Shown in pieces: positions 36,486 to 49,807 of a DNA stretch of 64,000 bases; positions within the stretch are counted from its first letter, which is position 1, and each line of letters begins with the position of its first letter. The notes beneath the pieces were generated by a model, which had not been told where the DNA came from, ran no database searches, and worked only from the letters and a program-made list of their open reading frames with translations. Position numbers and translations under genes: made by a program. This DNA comes from Felis catus (taxonomy: Eukaryota), in contig NC_058368.1 of NCBI RefSeq assembly GCF_018350175.1, forward strand, positions 181,910,001 through 181,974,000, given 5' to 3'.

Positions 36486-37974
36486 AGAAAATGCAGCTTA
36501 GAGAAGTTGAGACTTGCCATATACACATAGCCATTGCCCACCAGAATTTGGATTTCAAAGCACTCGGTATAATAACTTCAGATCCCACACGATAGCTACT
36601 AGTCTGTAAGTGACAGATACAAGCCAAATCACAGAAGTGTATTTATTATGAAATTATGAAATTGGGTTAAAGATCTTTGTTCTCAGAAATTAACTGCTAC
36701 TTTATGTCAGCTGCTTAGTTGAGAACTTGAGTGATAAATTCATGAACAAAAACTGGAGAAATAGAGTTATAGGAAACAGACTTGGCCAGAGGTGGGAATA
36801 CAGGTAAACCATGAGGAACCAGTGGAACTGCATCCTAAACAGAAAGAGAATAGTGAGGCAACTTTGGCTGATCTGCATTTGGAAAGCAACCAGATAGAAA
36901 GTGAAGAAAAGTTAGTATGATAAAGAAAAATCGAAAGGAAACATGTTCCCTGTGCATGATCATGAGGGATTTAGAGGGACTGGGTTTTTAGGTCTATGGA
37001 TTTTTCCCTCATTTCTATCCAATGCCAACAACTCAAATTGTTGCAAATGAGAGGAGAATTTCCACACCAGATACTGTTTTAATTAAGAAAAGAAGAATCC
37101 AGCGAGGAATTCTGCAATTTGCTCACCTGGATATCCCCATGAGTGAACTCACTTGTTTGAATTCGGCTGCTTGTAAGAGTTTGTTAATCCAACATTTTGA
37201 TTTGCACATTGTTTCCAATTTGCATGGTACAAAATATCAGTGTTTTGATTGCTATGGTGGGCCTCAGGAAACTATTTATGTTTGTCTCAGGACCAATAAG
37301 ATAGTAAGGATGGCTTTGCTGCTAAAATACTTAGGCTTATGATAGGTTTGGGGTTTCAGGATACAAGAGTCTTGTTTATCTTGGCTAAGGGTATTTTCTT
37401 TAAGTGGCAACTGCACTGCTCAAGTAATTATTTTGTATACGGTTTTACCTGTGTGTGTTAAAACCTGGTGTGGCATTTCAAAATACGTTTTTATCATGCA
37501 ATAACCCTGAGCTTACCATTTTAATGCACTGAACACTCATTAAACATTTTTATTAACTAATGATGAAAATTTTGAAAAGTGTGGAAATAGGTATTTTGCC
37601 TAGCTAAAAATAGTTATTCTGAAAGCCAAGCATTTTTTTTTTTTAATTCATCAGGGAATCTCACAAGTCAGTTCCACACTGTGATTGCCACATCTCTTGT
37701 ATAATAAAACTTCTATAAATCATGAAAGAAGATTCCTTTTTTCTCCATGAGTTACTGTGCTTTCATTTTCTTCTTTTTTTCTTTTTAGAACCAGCTAGTT
37801 AATTATGTTCAGAGCATGGCACTTCATCTTCATCAATCTATACATGCCCTCTTTTGTTTTTATTCGTTTTGGTTGTCCATTTTATTCTACTTTATCTGCA
37901 TTTTCCCAAACCTATTCCTCTCCCTACCCTCAAAAGGCAACCATTCTCATGTGTTTATATCTTTTGTTTGGTGT

Positions 37975-38180
37975 CGGGTGGGTAGATACAGTACAGAGTT
38001 CCCAGTGATATTTGAATTCCATATACACTACAAAAAGCTTTTGGTACATCTCAAGTATCATCTGGGACATACTCATACTAAACTTATAGCACACACACTA
38101 AAAAAAATATTCAAAGTTTACCTGAAATTCAAATTTAACTCTATTTATTTATTTATTTATTTACCGACTCTGGCGATCAC
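37975..38180. mobile_element. MER53 palindromic hAT MITE
   Basis: 'cccagtgatatttgaattcc...tgggacatactcatactaaa...tttacctgaaattcaaatttaact...tctggc'. Confidence 0.75.
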
Positions 38181-39054
38181 AGTTTGGTGTAATATGTACG
38201 GTATGTGTTTGTTACTTTGCTGCATGTATCTTAGCGTATTTTAACTCATGTCATGGCGTACCCGAAATTCTGTGTGAAATATGTAATAAGAAGGGCTGAA
38301 GGGCCTGTACGGTATACGTCCAGGTGAGCAGAAGGAGATGGAAGGGGAAAGCTCCTAAGCACAGAACTCCAGAACCAACAGAAAGATGGCTAAACATTTC
38401 CATTTATTTCCAATTCATTCGGCAACTCTTTTGATCATTGTTTCACCTTTAAACACTTAGGAAGCAGCAGTGCTAAGATGAGCCAGGGCCCTTCAGTTCT
38501 AATATTTTATTAGTGCGGGGGGAGGAATGGGGAGGTGAATGCCTGAGCATGTCTCGCCATCCTGCACATTTTATCCGGTCATGTGAATATGGCTCTGACA
38601 TACTTCTGATCTGATCCCTGCTCTTAGTGTACCCTGGAGACCTGGAGTACTATGTCCAATTTCTGCAGTAAAAGAGCAGGAACAACACTTCATAGAACCG
38701 TACAAGCTGTGTCCTTAAGTCTACCTTCTTTTGGCCTCTGCTTCATACTTGAAACATCACCTACCCCAAACACCCAGAGAGCCAAGGCAGACCTGACTCC
38801 TCAGAGGTCCTCGGTTTTTGTTTCTCATTCCTCAAATCCATGCTTTCCTCTAGCTTTTAGTTTTCTTAGGGGTGACTTTGGGGGAGGAATCAACATTCGA
38901 GGCCAGTTTCCTGCCCCCACAAGAATCCATTATTCAGTGTTCTAAGCTGAATTTTGCCTGCAACTCAAGTCTGTATCATTAACTAACTGCAGAGCCTTCT
39001 TCTAATCTGTGGAGTAAATATTTCCCAGGTCTCCGATTGATTAAATGTTTTAAA

Positions 39055-39185
39055 TTCATTCTCTCATTTATTCTTCCAACAAATATTATTGAGCATTAAG
39101 ACATGCTGGCATTCTGATAGGTTCCAGGGACACAAAATGAATTAAAGCATGATATAGACCTTGAAGCATTTAGCCTACCAGTGTA
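39055..39185 (-). mobile_element. L2 3' end
   Basis: 'ccaacaaatattattgagcatt...ggcattctgataggttccagggacacaaaatgaa'. Confidence 0.7.
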
Positions 39186-39789
39186 AAAGAACTTTTCACG
39201 AACACACAATAAAATTCCTTTGAAACTACCATATTAGTTATCTGAATTACAGTGGTGATTAGAATGTATTTTCTCCCATCCCACATAACTCAAAAAGATT
39301 ATTTTTAATGAGCTATTATTTCATTTTCCAGGCTTTATTTCTCATTGTTTAATTCTTTCAAAATAGCATTTCACATTACTGAGGGGAGGGTTAGTTCATC
39401 TGCTGATTGCTATACCTTCTGGGATCCCTTCTGTTCCCTAAGGCTGAGGCAAAACCCAAATTTACTAATGAACTGCCAAAAATTTCATTTCACAAATTCC
39501 TACTCATGTGCCATTACTATAAAGGCTTTGTAGTTATTACAGTGATGAGTTTATAGCCTGGAAACTAGGACATTGCTGTTTCAACTAATTCATTACCTAT
39601 ACTTCACACATTTTAAAGAGAAAAGGAGAGAAAACATGTGAAAGAGACAGAAACACAGAGAGTTGTGTGCGCTTTCTCATTTGACTTTGGACTCCATTGT
39701 GCAGCACGATAAAGGACTGATTAAACATTTATTTCATCCTTGCTCTTTGCACTCATGTCAGCCTTTGGTAAGCCCTCCCCCTTCCTTAG

Positions 39790-39876
39790 GTCATTTATTT
39801 ATTTATTTTCTCTGTAAATGTTAGTTTAGTGCCTACTCTGTGCTAGGCATTCTGAAGGTGCTGAAGGTATAGCTAT
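39790..39876 (-). mobile_element. L2 3' end, resuming at 40692-40740 after an LTR insertion
   Basis: 'gtgcctactctgtgctaggcattctgaaggtgctg' ... 'accttcatggagattacaat'. Confidence 0.7.
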
Positions 39877-40252
39877 TGTGGTGGCTTTGTAAGGTAGCAA
39901 CTTAGCTAAGCAGAACAGCATTTCCCAGAATTCCCTTTTCTGTTCTTTCTGCTTAGAGTGGGCCATAGGAAACATTTACTTGGGGAAGATTTGTAAGATG
40001 CAACTGAAACCAGAACCATTTTGAATTTCACATTGTCAATGATCTGCTGGCTCACTTTATTGATGTGATTTACCAGCTGGGCTTATAATACTTCACCTTC
40101 CCTGGAACTTCCTTAAACTTGAGTCTTGGGCCGGGAATATGTGTTTATTTCCATCAAAATGGAGCGTTGCTACAGGACATCCCTATCACCATTGTCAGAG
40201 GACACAAAAAACAAAAACTGACACGGGTTTCAGTCCATGAGGGTTCCAGCCT

Positions 40253-40288
<36 letters not shown>

Positions 40289-40686
40289 TCTATTTATTTT
40301 GAGAGGGGTGGAGAGTAGAGGGGCAGAGAGAAAGGAAAGAGAGAGTCCCAGGCAGGCTCCGTGTTGTCAGTGCTGAGCTCGATCCCATGAACCAAACCCT
40401 GAGATCATGACTTGAGCCCACGTCAAGAGCTAGACTCTTAACTGAATGAGCCACCCAGGTTCTAATCTATTCTTAATCTCCTCAACTTTACACCCACCTT
40501 ATCCTCTTATCTGTGTGCTTGTGGACTTTAATCATCAGCATGTGACATGAAGACAGCAGCCTTACAGAGACTGCATCATCAACTCCCGCACTGTGTAAGG
40601 TCAAATGTCTATAGCAAAACCCTTGATATTACATGCATGTATCTGCTAGTGGTTCTGCTTCTCTGATTAAACTCTGAACCCTGACA
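39877..40686 (+). mobile_element. ERVL solo LTR (MLT2F-like)
   Basis: Starts tgtggtggctttgtaa...catttcccagaattccc, ends gtggttctgcttctctgatt...ctgaca; perfect 5-bp TSD gctat. Confidence 0.85.
40257..40460 (-). mobile_element. CanSINE nested in the MLT2 LTR
   Basis: About 30-nt poly-T, ends 'gagccacccaggt'. Confidence 0.92.
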
Positions 40687-41429
40687 GCTATAAATAGGAT
40701 AATTATAGTTTTTACCTTCATGGAGATTACAATTTATATGCGGAGGAATATATTTTCAAAATATGACTTCACCATTAATTCATAACATCTATGGAAAGTC
40801 CTGTGAACAAACTTTGGAGACGTAGGAGGCCTTCTAAGCAGGGGTCTTCTGGAGAGATTCTCAGAAGGCCTACAAAGCAGAGAATGTGTTCTATTCCACC
40901 CAGATGCCCTTATATTCCATTTTATCTCTTTCATAAATGTCCCAGCTTCAGGGTACTTTTGTCTTCAGAAACAGCAAATCTTATCTGGAGGACTGGTCTT
41001 GGGCTACTGAAATCTGTTTTGTCTCCATGAGGAGAAACTGATGTTTAATCTACAAGACATGTTGGTTTCTAAACTTATTTGCTTCTATGGTCCAAAAAAC
41101 GATCTCCCCTGACTGTCCCTTATCTATTAGCTTTCCTTGTTCAGTGACTCTTGGGGACAGAATTAAAGTAGATGATGATAAGCCATTTTTTTCACTTAGA
41201 ATTGAGCATTCAGAAGCTATTAATTAAGTATATGTTTAATGCTTTAATAAAGGCCTAATCAATTTTAGAAGTGCTTATTCCATTCAACATTCTCACAAGC
41301 AATCTTATTATCTTATTCTTTTCCAAAGCTATACTGCCAACCAAAAAGAAAGGGCTTCTCCTCTTTATCTGAGCAAATGGCACTTTAATTGACACAGTTG
41401 CCAACCTAAGCATTCCTTTAGCCTTTTTA

Positions 41430-42035
41430 TTTCTCACCCCTCACATCACATTAGTTGCCCAGTCATTTACAATATGCTTCCTTTTCTTTCTCTCCGGTTT
41501 ATTCCCTCCGTCATCCCTTTGTTTCATTCCTTTCACTACTAACCTAGTTGAGAGCCATATCATCTCTTATCTAGACTATTCCAGTTTTTTTTTCCTCCCT
41601 TCAGTTTGCCGCCTTCAATTCATCTTCTACTTCCCCTCAGAAGGAACTTGTGTGCCAATATGACCATGTAAGCATGCAGCTCAAAATTCTTTTAAGTTTT
41701 TCTAATCATCAAGCATCAATATATTTAAATTTTAATAGAATTCAATTGAAAAACATGTTAAAATGCAGATTAATGTTCCTCTACAAGTCCTCTGTATAAA
41801 ATATCCCAATTTCTTAGCATAAAGTTTAGGATTTTGTTTGGTTAGTGCTCAGCTGCCCAGCCCTCCCTCATACTCTCTTCTACTTGTACAAGACATTAGC
41901 CACTTACTGAGCATTTTGTTTATTTGCCTCCTGTCTTCCGAATACACTGTGAATCCTTAGGAATAAGAAACTGTCTTTTTAATTTTTTAATTCACCAACA
42001 TATCAGAGATGATTAAAATATATTTGATGAATGAA
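41430..42035 (+). mobile_element. L2 fragments
   Basis: 'ccatatcatctcttatctagactatt' and 3' end 'aaatatatttgatgaatgaa'. Confidence 0.55.
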
Positions 42036-42674
42036 CAAAAATAGGTAATGGGTACAAATCCCTGAAGAAGTCAGTGTGTTCCAGAAATGACTTCTGCTCT
42101 ACTGTAAGTTGTGGACCAAATAGGAAATTCTCTCTCTGTTGTGCCAAGAGACTTAGCTCTGCCCTTCTCCATTCCCCTATACTCTCATCACCCACTCAAC
42201 AAAACAAAGTCCCATCAGTTAACCAGATTCTCCTTTTTGGAAAAGAACTGACATTTCTAAAGCATTTACTCAGGGGATATTATGGAATCCAACCCTCAAA
42301 CCCCAAACAGTGAATCATGTTCATCTTTTCAATCAAAGAAAAGTTCTGGAAAAATACAGCTTCTTCTATCTCATTATACTTGCAGCAATACCCCTGGACC
42401 CTTTAGTATCCCTTACAGAGAGGTGCTCTGGAGGACTGCCTAAGTAGTTGGCCTCTGAAGCTGACCAGGAATTTGATGTCTTCAAATTTTAAAAATAGAT
42501 TTCCATCAAAAATACTCTTCAATGTGTTCAAGAAGTTTGAGCAACAGGGCAAAACCTACCTGAGCAAACCCTTCAATCACATCTGATCCAGAAGCAATAA
42601 TATCAATGAGATTGTGGTTAACTGTAACATGGGTGGCATTATGATGGAGATCATGAATTTTCTTTGACCCTAAG

Positions 42675-42805
42675 CCAGTGTTTCTCAAACTGTGGACTTC
42701 AGACCACCTGCGTCTGAATCACAAAGATGTTTGCTAAAATACACATTCCTTAATCCCACCTATTAGATGTTTTATTAGAATCTCTAGAAACAGGACTCAG
42801 AAATC
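42675..42805. mobile_element. MER5B-like MITE
   Basis: TIR 'cagtgtttctcaaactgtgg' followed by 'cagaccacctgcgtctgaatcac'. Confidence 0.75.
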
Positions 42806-43381
42806 CCAACCGGTGTGTTATTTTGTAGTTTTCATCCTGTTGTTTGCAAATTTATGAACAAAGCTAGTGCTCAAGGCAAAATACAAACTGAACAAAAGTT
42901 TTATTTGGAGTCCTTTTACCTTTCTAGATACCTACCCACTGCCCTGGTCTTCTTACTGCACAATCTTTTTGAAGAATTCTGATATTGTAATCAAAATTAT
43001 TTTGCAACAAGAATTTCAGATGTCAGCTAGAAAAAAGTCTTTTCAACTTTCTTTTGAGTCTAATAAGAGACTCACTATTATTAAAAACAGTCAATTGACC
43101 TTATTAGGTGAATAAAAATGATACCAAGTACCTGAAATCATCCTAGCATAGAGGTAAAATTATTATCATTATTTTTTTAAAAGGAGCCAAGGCAATGTTG
43201 TGTGTCTTAAGTGTCAAGTATCATGGAGCAAGGCACTGTTACTTAGAGAATTTGAATACTACAGAGTGAAAAAAATCTGATTAATTAATATTATAGTTTC
43301 TCTTTTCCTCCAAAAAAGAATCACATTGAATAACCCATGTAATTTCATTATCCATTCCTTTACTTCTTTTCCTTTATAGAC

Positions 43382-43382
43382 A

Positions 43383-43421
<39 letters not shown>
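43382..43421. repeat. (AAAG)~10 microsatellite
   Basis: Read directly from the sequence. Confidence 0.95.
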
Positions 43422-43422
<1 letters not shown>

Positions 43423-43435
43423 GAAAAAAAAATCC

Positions 43436-44330
43436 TTGAGGCTAAAACCAATTTCCATATTTCTTTTGTACAATTTGCATATCCTAGCTGGGGACTTTGC
43501 ATCTTTAGATGTACCAGCTGACAAACACACCAAGTCTTATATTATTAAGCAAAAGCTGAATAGGCAGTATTCTAAGAAATCAAAATGCTTCCAAATGTCC
43601 ACTATTTATCTGAATATCTCCAATTTAATGGTTTTTTTCACTAATTCTCCAGAGAATAGTAGTAAATTTATGAATTAGGGTCTTAGCTACAGGTCTGAAA
43701 TGAACAATGCTCACTTACCTCTGTAAGTGGTTATGTTTTCATTGCAACTACCATTATGTAGAAATTTTGAGTAAAAGTGGCCCTTCTAATCAAAATGGTT
43801 AAATAGCAAGCACATTGGTTGTATATGTGTGTTCCCTTTAAAGAAAGAGTGACTAAAAAGGAACCAAGGAGTCTTCAGAACAAAGAAGCTAATGCTAATA
43901 AACATTAAAAAAAAAAAAAAAAAGGTACCATGACCTCATTCTAATTAATGACTTGGACAATCATTACTTGCTGTCAAAGGGCATTAGTCAAGGTTCAGCC
44001 TTTAGCCCAGGCATTTACCACTCAATATAATACAGTGAAAGTGAAGAACTCCTCTATGTCAATTATCTATTATGAACAAACTATCAAGTCACTTTGAAAG
44101 AGTTAAACAAATCTATACGTTGATATTTGCTGGTATCTTTTTGATGCTACATTGAACTGACTTGAGGTTTATGCAGTATAAATTTCTGTGCAGTTATTTC
44201 TGAGATCTTAAAATTGGGGAACTCTCAAAGGAGATAAAGATTCTGATGTACTGCAGAAATGTTGGGTATTCCTATCAAAACAGTGAAAAACAGAGAAGCG
44301 TATTTCCAGTCCCCAAATTAAGGATGCTTT
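43436..44330 (+). mobile_element. Candidate ancient non-L1 LINE reverse-transcriptase relic (L4/RTE-like)
   Basis: Ordered degenerate RT motifs across frames: IIKQKLN, ILRNQN(G)F, EILSKSG, KGISQGSAFSP, KQIYTLIFAG. Confidence 0.5.
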
Positions 44331-45353
44331 TTAAACCTTCCATTTCATTAAATTGCATGGCTGGATAGGAGAGTCTTGCTAAAATATTGTGATTAACACA
44401 AAGGAAGCTTAACAGACAATGCTATTATAGGTGAAAGACTGCTAATTGCCATCTTCCCAATAACTTATTGATTTTAATCAAATCTTCCTAGAGCAGCATG
44501 CCAGCAGCAAATGGATAACTAGATAGAGGGAAAACACAACAATGGAAGGAGTAATATGGAAAAAATTATTCATGTTTGATCTGTATAAAATTGAACAAAT
44601 ATTCTTGATCAGCATTTATACAAATATAGATTCGTTGGGAAGGTGCTATCTAAATTGCTTCTCTCACAGTGTATTGAAAATTACCATAACTGTTAGCATT
44701 TTTAATTATTTTGATCTGCTGAAAATAGATTAAACTGAATAGGAAATTGGCTTATTAAGGCTTATATATTTGAGTTAATATGAAATGTTCTCAGCCACTG
44801 TGTCTTTAGAATCTTTCAGTCTAAAAGACATTCACTGTCTCTGGTTGACAAAGGAAGGGTGGGGGTGGATTTAATCCTCAGAAAGTAAAGTTTTGTTTGG
44901 GGGTGGTATAAGCAAAACCTTCTCATTCCCATCACTTCATTAGGGAAAACTTAACCACATCTGGTAATGGAAAAATTTCATAAATAAAGAACCGGTCTGC
45001 TTAGGAGATAGCACTGAGTTTTCACAGGGAAAAAAAAAAAATCTTGCTAGACTAAACTTAACACTTAAAAAAAAAATGGAGAACCCTTGAAATCCATCTT
45101 GTATTACAAGAGCAGTTTCTCAGTGTGAGATTCAACACAGTGCGAAACATTGAAGAACTCACACTTTGCCCATTCACTGATGATGAAAAAGAACTACAAT
45201 GCTGAGTTTCAATTGTATTCTGTAGGCAGGACCCACGGCATCCTACTGAACGTTTGTCTTTGGGGAATGTCTTATTCATCAAATTGGTAACACCAGACCA
45301 AAGGTAGATTGCAAATATGAGGATAACAATACTTTTCTTTAAAAAAGAGTGTT

Positions 45354-45396
45354 CACTCATATATGGAATTTAAGACACAAAACAAATGTACAAAGG

Positions 45397-45454
<58 letters not shown>

Positions 45455-45643
45455 TAGACTCTAAAATATAGAGAACTGATGGGTGCCAAAGGAGAGCTGG
45501 TTGGGGGTTGGGGGAAATAGATAAAGGGGATTAAGAGTAGACTTATCTTGGTGAGCACTAAGAAAGTGTAGAATTGTTGAATCATTACATTTTATAGGTG
45601 AAACTAATAGAGCACTGCATGTTAATTATACTCAAATAAAAAT
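45354..45643 (+). mobile_element. Short carnivore L1 3' end with internal (GA)n
   Basis: 'cactcatatatggaatttaaga', 'gtgagcactaagaaagtgtagaattgttgaatcattac', AATAAA. Confidence 0.9.
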
Positions 45644-45865
45644 CAATCAATCAAATCAGGAAGTATGGGGTCTCCTAGTTATCTGGTATCTCCTCCTCTC
45701 TTCTGTTATTTTCACCTATACAAAAAATAAATTAAAATAGAGTGTTTAATAGTAAAGAGTATTTAATAGTTTTTAGTATAAATCAAATTAACAGCTTAAA
45801 GATTTCAGTTACAAAATTATTCCCTTCAACATCGATGGTAAAACTCAGTGTTTTAATAGCTTAGT

Positions 45866-46066
45866 GCAGGATTTGTCAACTTCAACACTATTGGCATTTG
45901 GTTCTAGATAATTGTTGTAGGATGCTGTCTTGTATATTGTAGGATGTTTAGCCCCACCAACTAGATGCTAGTGGTACTTCCTCCCCACATGGAACAACCA
46001 AAAATGTCTCCAGACATTGTCAAATGTCCCCTAGTAGGTAAAATTGCTCCTGATTGAGAACCAATA
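45866..46066. mobile_element. MER20 hAT MITE
   Basis: 'cactattggcatttggg...acaaccaaaaatgtctccagacattgtcaaatgtcccc...ttgagaacca'. Confidence 0.9.
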
Positions 46067-49000
46067 GATTAGTAGAAATGAAGGCTTTAGCTTTCTTGGT
46101 AATGATGCATTTCAAATCATTTTTTGAAAATTTCTGTTTCATTACAAAAATGCGAATGTATTGCATCCACAAAACACCTGCATCTAGGTCAGTATTTTAA
46201 AGGCATGAGATTAATCGACCGTCTGAAACAGGTAATAGAAATTAATCACAGTGGTAGTTTGAAAGGCAAGAAAATGTTATGATTATAAGATGCTACTTCT
46301 GTTTAAGGATTTAGGAAAATAGTCTAGTTTAACAATGACAGTAGTTTGGAAATAGTTACCAATGGATTGGCAGTGACTGGTGGGAGCCCTGTATTGAGAA
46401 GGAATCTGCATCCAGGCTCAGAAGAAAAGAGAGCTTTGATGGATTAGTGGTGTCTGTCTTGGTCACAGCAAGGGGAGTAATGGGACATATTTCACACATT
46501 GGCCCATTCCTTCCAAGTCATCTTAAGTGACTTGCTCTCCAGATTATTTTAAGCACCTAATAAGACTGTGCTCTGCTGCTTTCTGTGTTGCACAAAGAAA
46601 TACATTAAGGAAAAAAAAAATGAATGAAATAAAGGTCACTTCTAAGTGTTGCTGAAGCGTCTCCTCTTCCCAAGGCATCATTTTAGGCTCCATAGACATG
46701 CTACTGAATTAAATCAAAACACATAATCTTTTGCATCAAAATAAATGACCTTAGTGGTCTAGTTTCCAGTGAAATTAAAACAAGCCATTCCCCTATTTTA
46801 AAAAATAGTCAACAAGTACTGACTTGCTAGGACCATACAGTTTCTGAAATCTATATAATTCTTTTCTAGTGTTTTTCTAGTACTTCTTTTACTTTCTCAG
46901 TTGCCAAGAACAAAGATTGGGCCAATTCCCTTGGCATTTAGAAGGTTGTACAGATCTAGTCTTTAGAAATATTTTGAAAAGATTGAAGACAAGGCAGGTG
47001 GAGTCCTTCTTTAGGGCTAAGGATGGCTGTATAGATAATGTTTATAGAATGTAATTAGAAGTGGCATATACAAGACATGCCAATGATGGTTTAGAAAGTT
47101 CCCCTTCAGATGGCATTGTATTTATTATCTCTCCCACAAAATTAAGTTATAACCAAATAATTACAAATAACTCCTTTAGATAAATCCTGAATATTAATAA
47201 CTATTATACTAATTTACAAAATAATTTTGTACTTATGAACCATCCCTTCTCCTAATCCTCCGCATTTCCATGCTTAGGACTAGTAGTTGTTAGGCTAGTA
47301 GCCAGTGTTCATTAAAAAAAAAAAAATTAAAGTTCTCCTCATTTTTCCTTAGCTGCTGCACAAATAATGAGAATCAAATTAATGAGCTCTTCTGAAATGA
47401 GGGTTCCAGGTTCCCTGCTAAATGGAATGACTCTAAGGTAACTAAGCTTTGAAGGGCATGATCAAATTTGTATCTTGGCACAAAAATTACAAATGATATG
47501 TGAATAACTGAAACTACACATATTAAACCATAACTAGTGAAAGTCTGCTCTAGATACGGCTGGCATAAAACTTTGTGGACTTGGTTTATTTGTTCAGCAT
47601 TAATTCAATTTCCCTGGTAAAAGTAAAATAATAACGGAAATATACTGAATATGAACCTGAGGAGTTACTGTCCCCAAGGCTAGGAAAACCTATGCCCAAA
47701 CAGAGATTAGTTTTTATGGGTTGGGGATTTCAGACTGTCAAAGTGATATTAATTCAGAGAAGAATAAGGACTTGCATATGGATATCAAAGGGCAGGAATA
47801 ACCCCTTGGGATGGTGGCCTCCCAAATCAAAGGGAGGAATGGACTTCTAAAAACAATGGCCACAAAAGTTCACTAGGAAACATGACTGGCCCATTTCAAC
47901 AAGTCATTGGCTTAAAGACAATTTACTTGGCTCTAGAGTTCATCAGCTATGGAGGAGCTCAACACAGACCAACTACTGAGTCTATTGGCTGAGTAGTCCA
48001 CCATTCACAATCAAACTGCTACCCACTCTGACCAGTTTTCTAAGAAGTGTCTGTTCTGCTTCCTCCTTGTCGTGTCCTGATCATGTTCTATATTACACCC
48101 TCAAGGCTCAAGGTCATGGAAAGATCAAATTCTCCTGCACAAGTTCAAGAAGGTTTGGAATTATCCTTTATCATCCTCATATACATTTGACATCTGCAGC
48201 AGCTTCAAAAGAAAGAATATGCTTTACAGAGAAATTTTTAAAAAATGTACTTTACACTTAGTGGAAAACACATTGGAAATAATAAATAATTTCCTTCATT
48301 CGAAGCATGCTGAGAAGTAGCTTAAGTATCTAGAAAAGAGAGTCAGGTTTAAATCCACAGAAACAACCAAGCTCACTCAAGACAACCACATGGGTTCTTG
48401 GTCAAACATTTTATGGTACATAACGGGGTCCTCTGAAACGCAGAGTTGAAAATTAATCAGGAAATAAAATCAAGGACAGAGCCATCAAGGGGATTTTAAA
48501 AGTATATTTAAGATGCACACTGTAACTGAACTACTAGTTGGGTAAATGAGGGAGTAAAATAAATTACATGATTCGTTATCAGCTCAGAAGATTTGGAGAG
48601 AAAAGCTCCCGTTTGAAAGAACACTTTGGGGCTTTTCCTTCCACAAGAAACATGTTTCATGTCATCCAGACACTAAGTAGATTTCTTTCACAAAAACTGT
48701 TACATTATCTGGGTAAACATGTCAATCAAAGACTACAACTAGCAATTTACAGCAATGATGCTAGATTTAACATCTACAGAGCAAGATTCCAGTGGGAAAT
48801 AGTGTTTTTATTTACCTCTTTGTTACTTTAAAAACGTTTTTATATAAGGAGCTTTGAAAAGCAAGTATTTATGTTATAACCAAAACAAATCTTTAAAACT
48901 TTGAGGTTTTATTATTGGATTGCTTTCTCTTTCAAGTTAAGAAAGGATTTCTCCAAAACATTATTTACAAAATTTTTGAGGGTCTCTCAGAACACTTTTT

Positions 49001-49807
49001 TCTTATAATAAAGCTTTAGGAGAGCGGTGGCATGGTATCTTATTCAGCTTGCATGTTAGAAGTTTAATCATTACTTATTAATTTTCCTATTTTCATGAGA
49101 TTTTCTCAAAATTAATATTCTATTAAGGTAGCATCTGTTAGAGGAATTATCTTGGTTTTTTAAAGCAAATTTTAGCTGATTACCATGAATCTACATAATT
49201 AGAATTAGGTTTAATTATGTAGTGTAAATACATGTAATATATTTATAACATATAATGACATAATTATGATTCACAATAATGTTGAAAAACTCCTCCTTAA
49301 AATTAGTAAGAAAAATATGCTGCACAACCCTTCTACAATTTATTAGTAATTTTACAATGTATGTTTTTCTGTAGCTTCTAAAATGGAGCATGGTAAGAAA
49401 ATATGATTAAAAATAAATATATTTTAAAGCTATTATCCCAAAATAGCACCAAACTTTCATTAGATTTCTAAACTATAAATATTTTGCAACCTATTTAAGA
49501 AGAGTACAAGTTAAAATGTTAATCCTAATAGGCAAACATTTCCAATGCAGCCTGAGCCAAATTCTAATGTTTAGAATGTTAAGAGTGAATGCAAGTTAGT
49601 TCTAACTTTGGCTTATAAATCATTCATCAAAATAACAAAAAATATAAAAAGTATGATGAATTGTACCTATACACTAACTGGAAATATAATAAGAAAAGTT
49701 GGAATTATATTTATGTAATTTATGCACTGTATTAACACATTTTAAAATTATAGGACACAGCTATTCCTTTAATCCATAAAGTTGAATGGTATATTTGATA
49801 TACAATA

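Noticed and set aside
42560..42621. Minus-strand coding exon with donor cag|gtaggt
   Set aside because: 62 nt, weak polypyrimidine tract, unrecognised peptide and no partner exons.
47610..48085. Old LTR
   Set aside because: LTR-like composition, but I could not establish termini, TSD or family.
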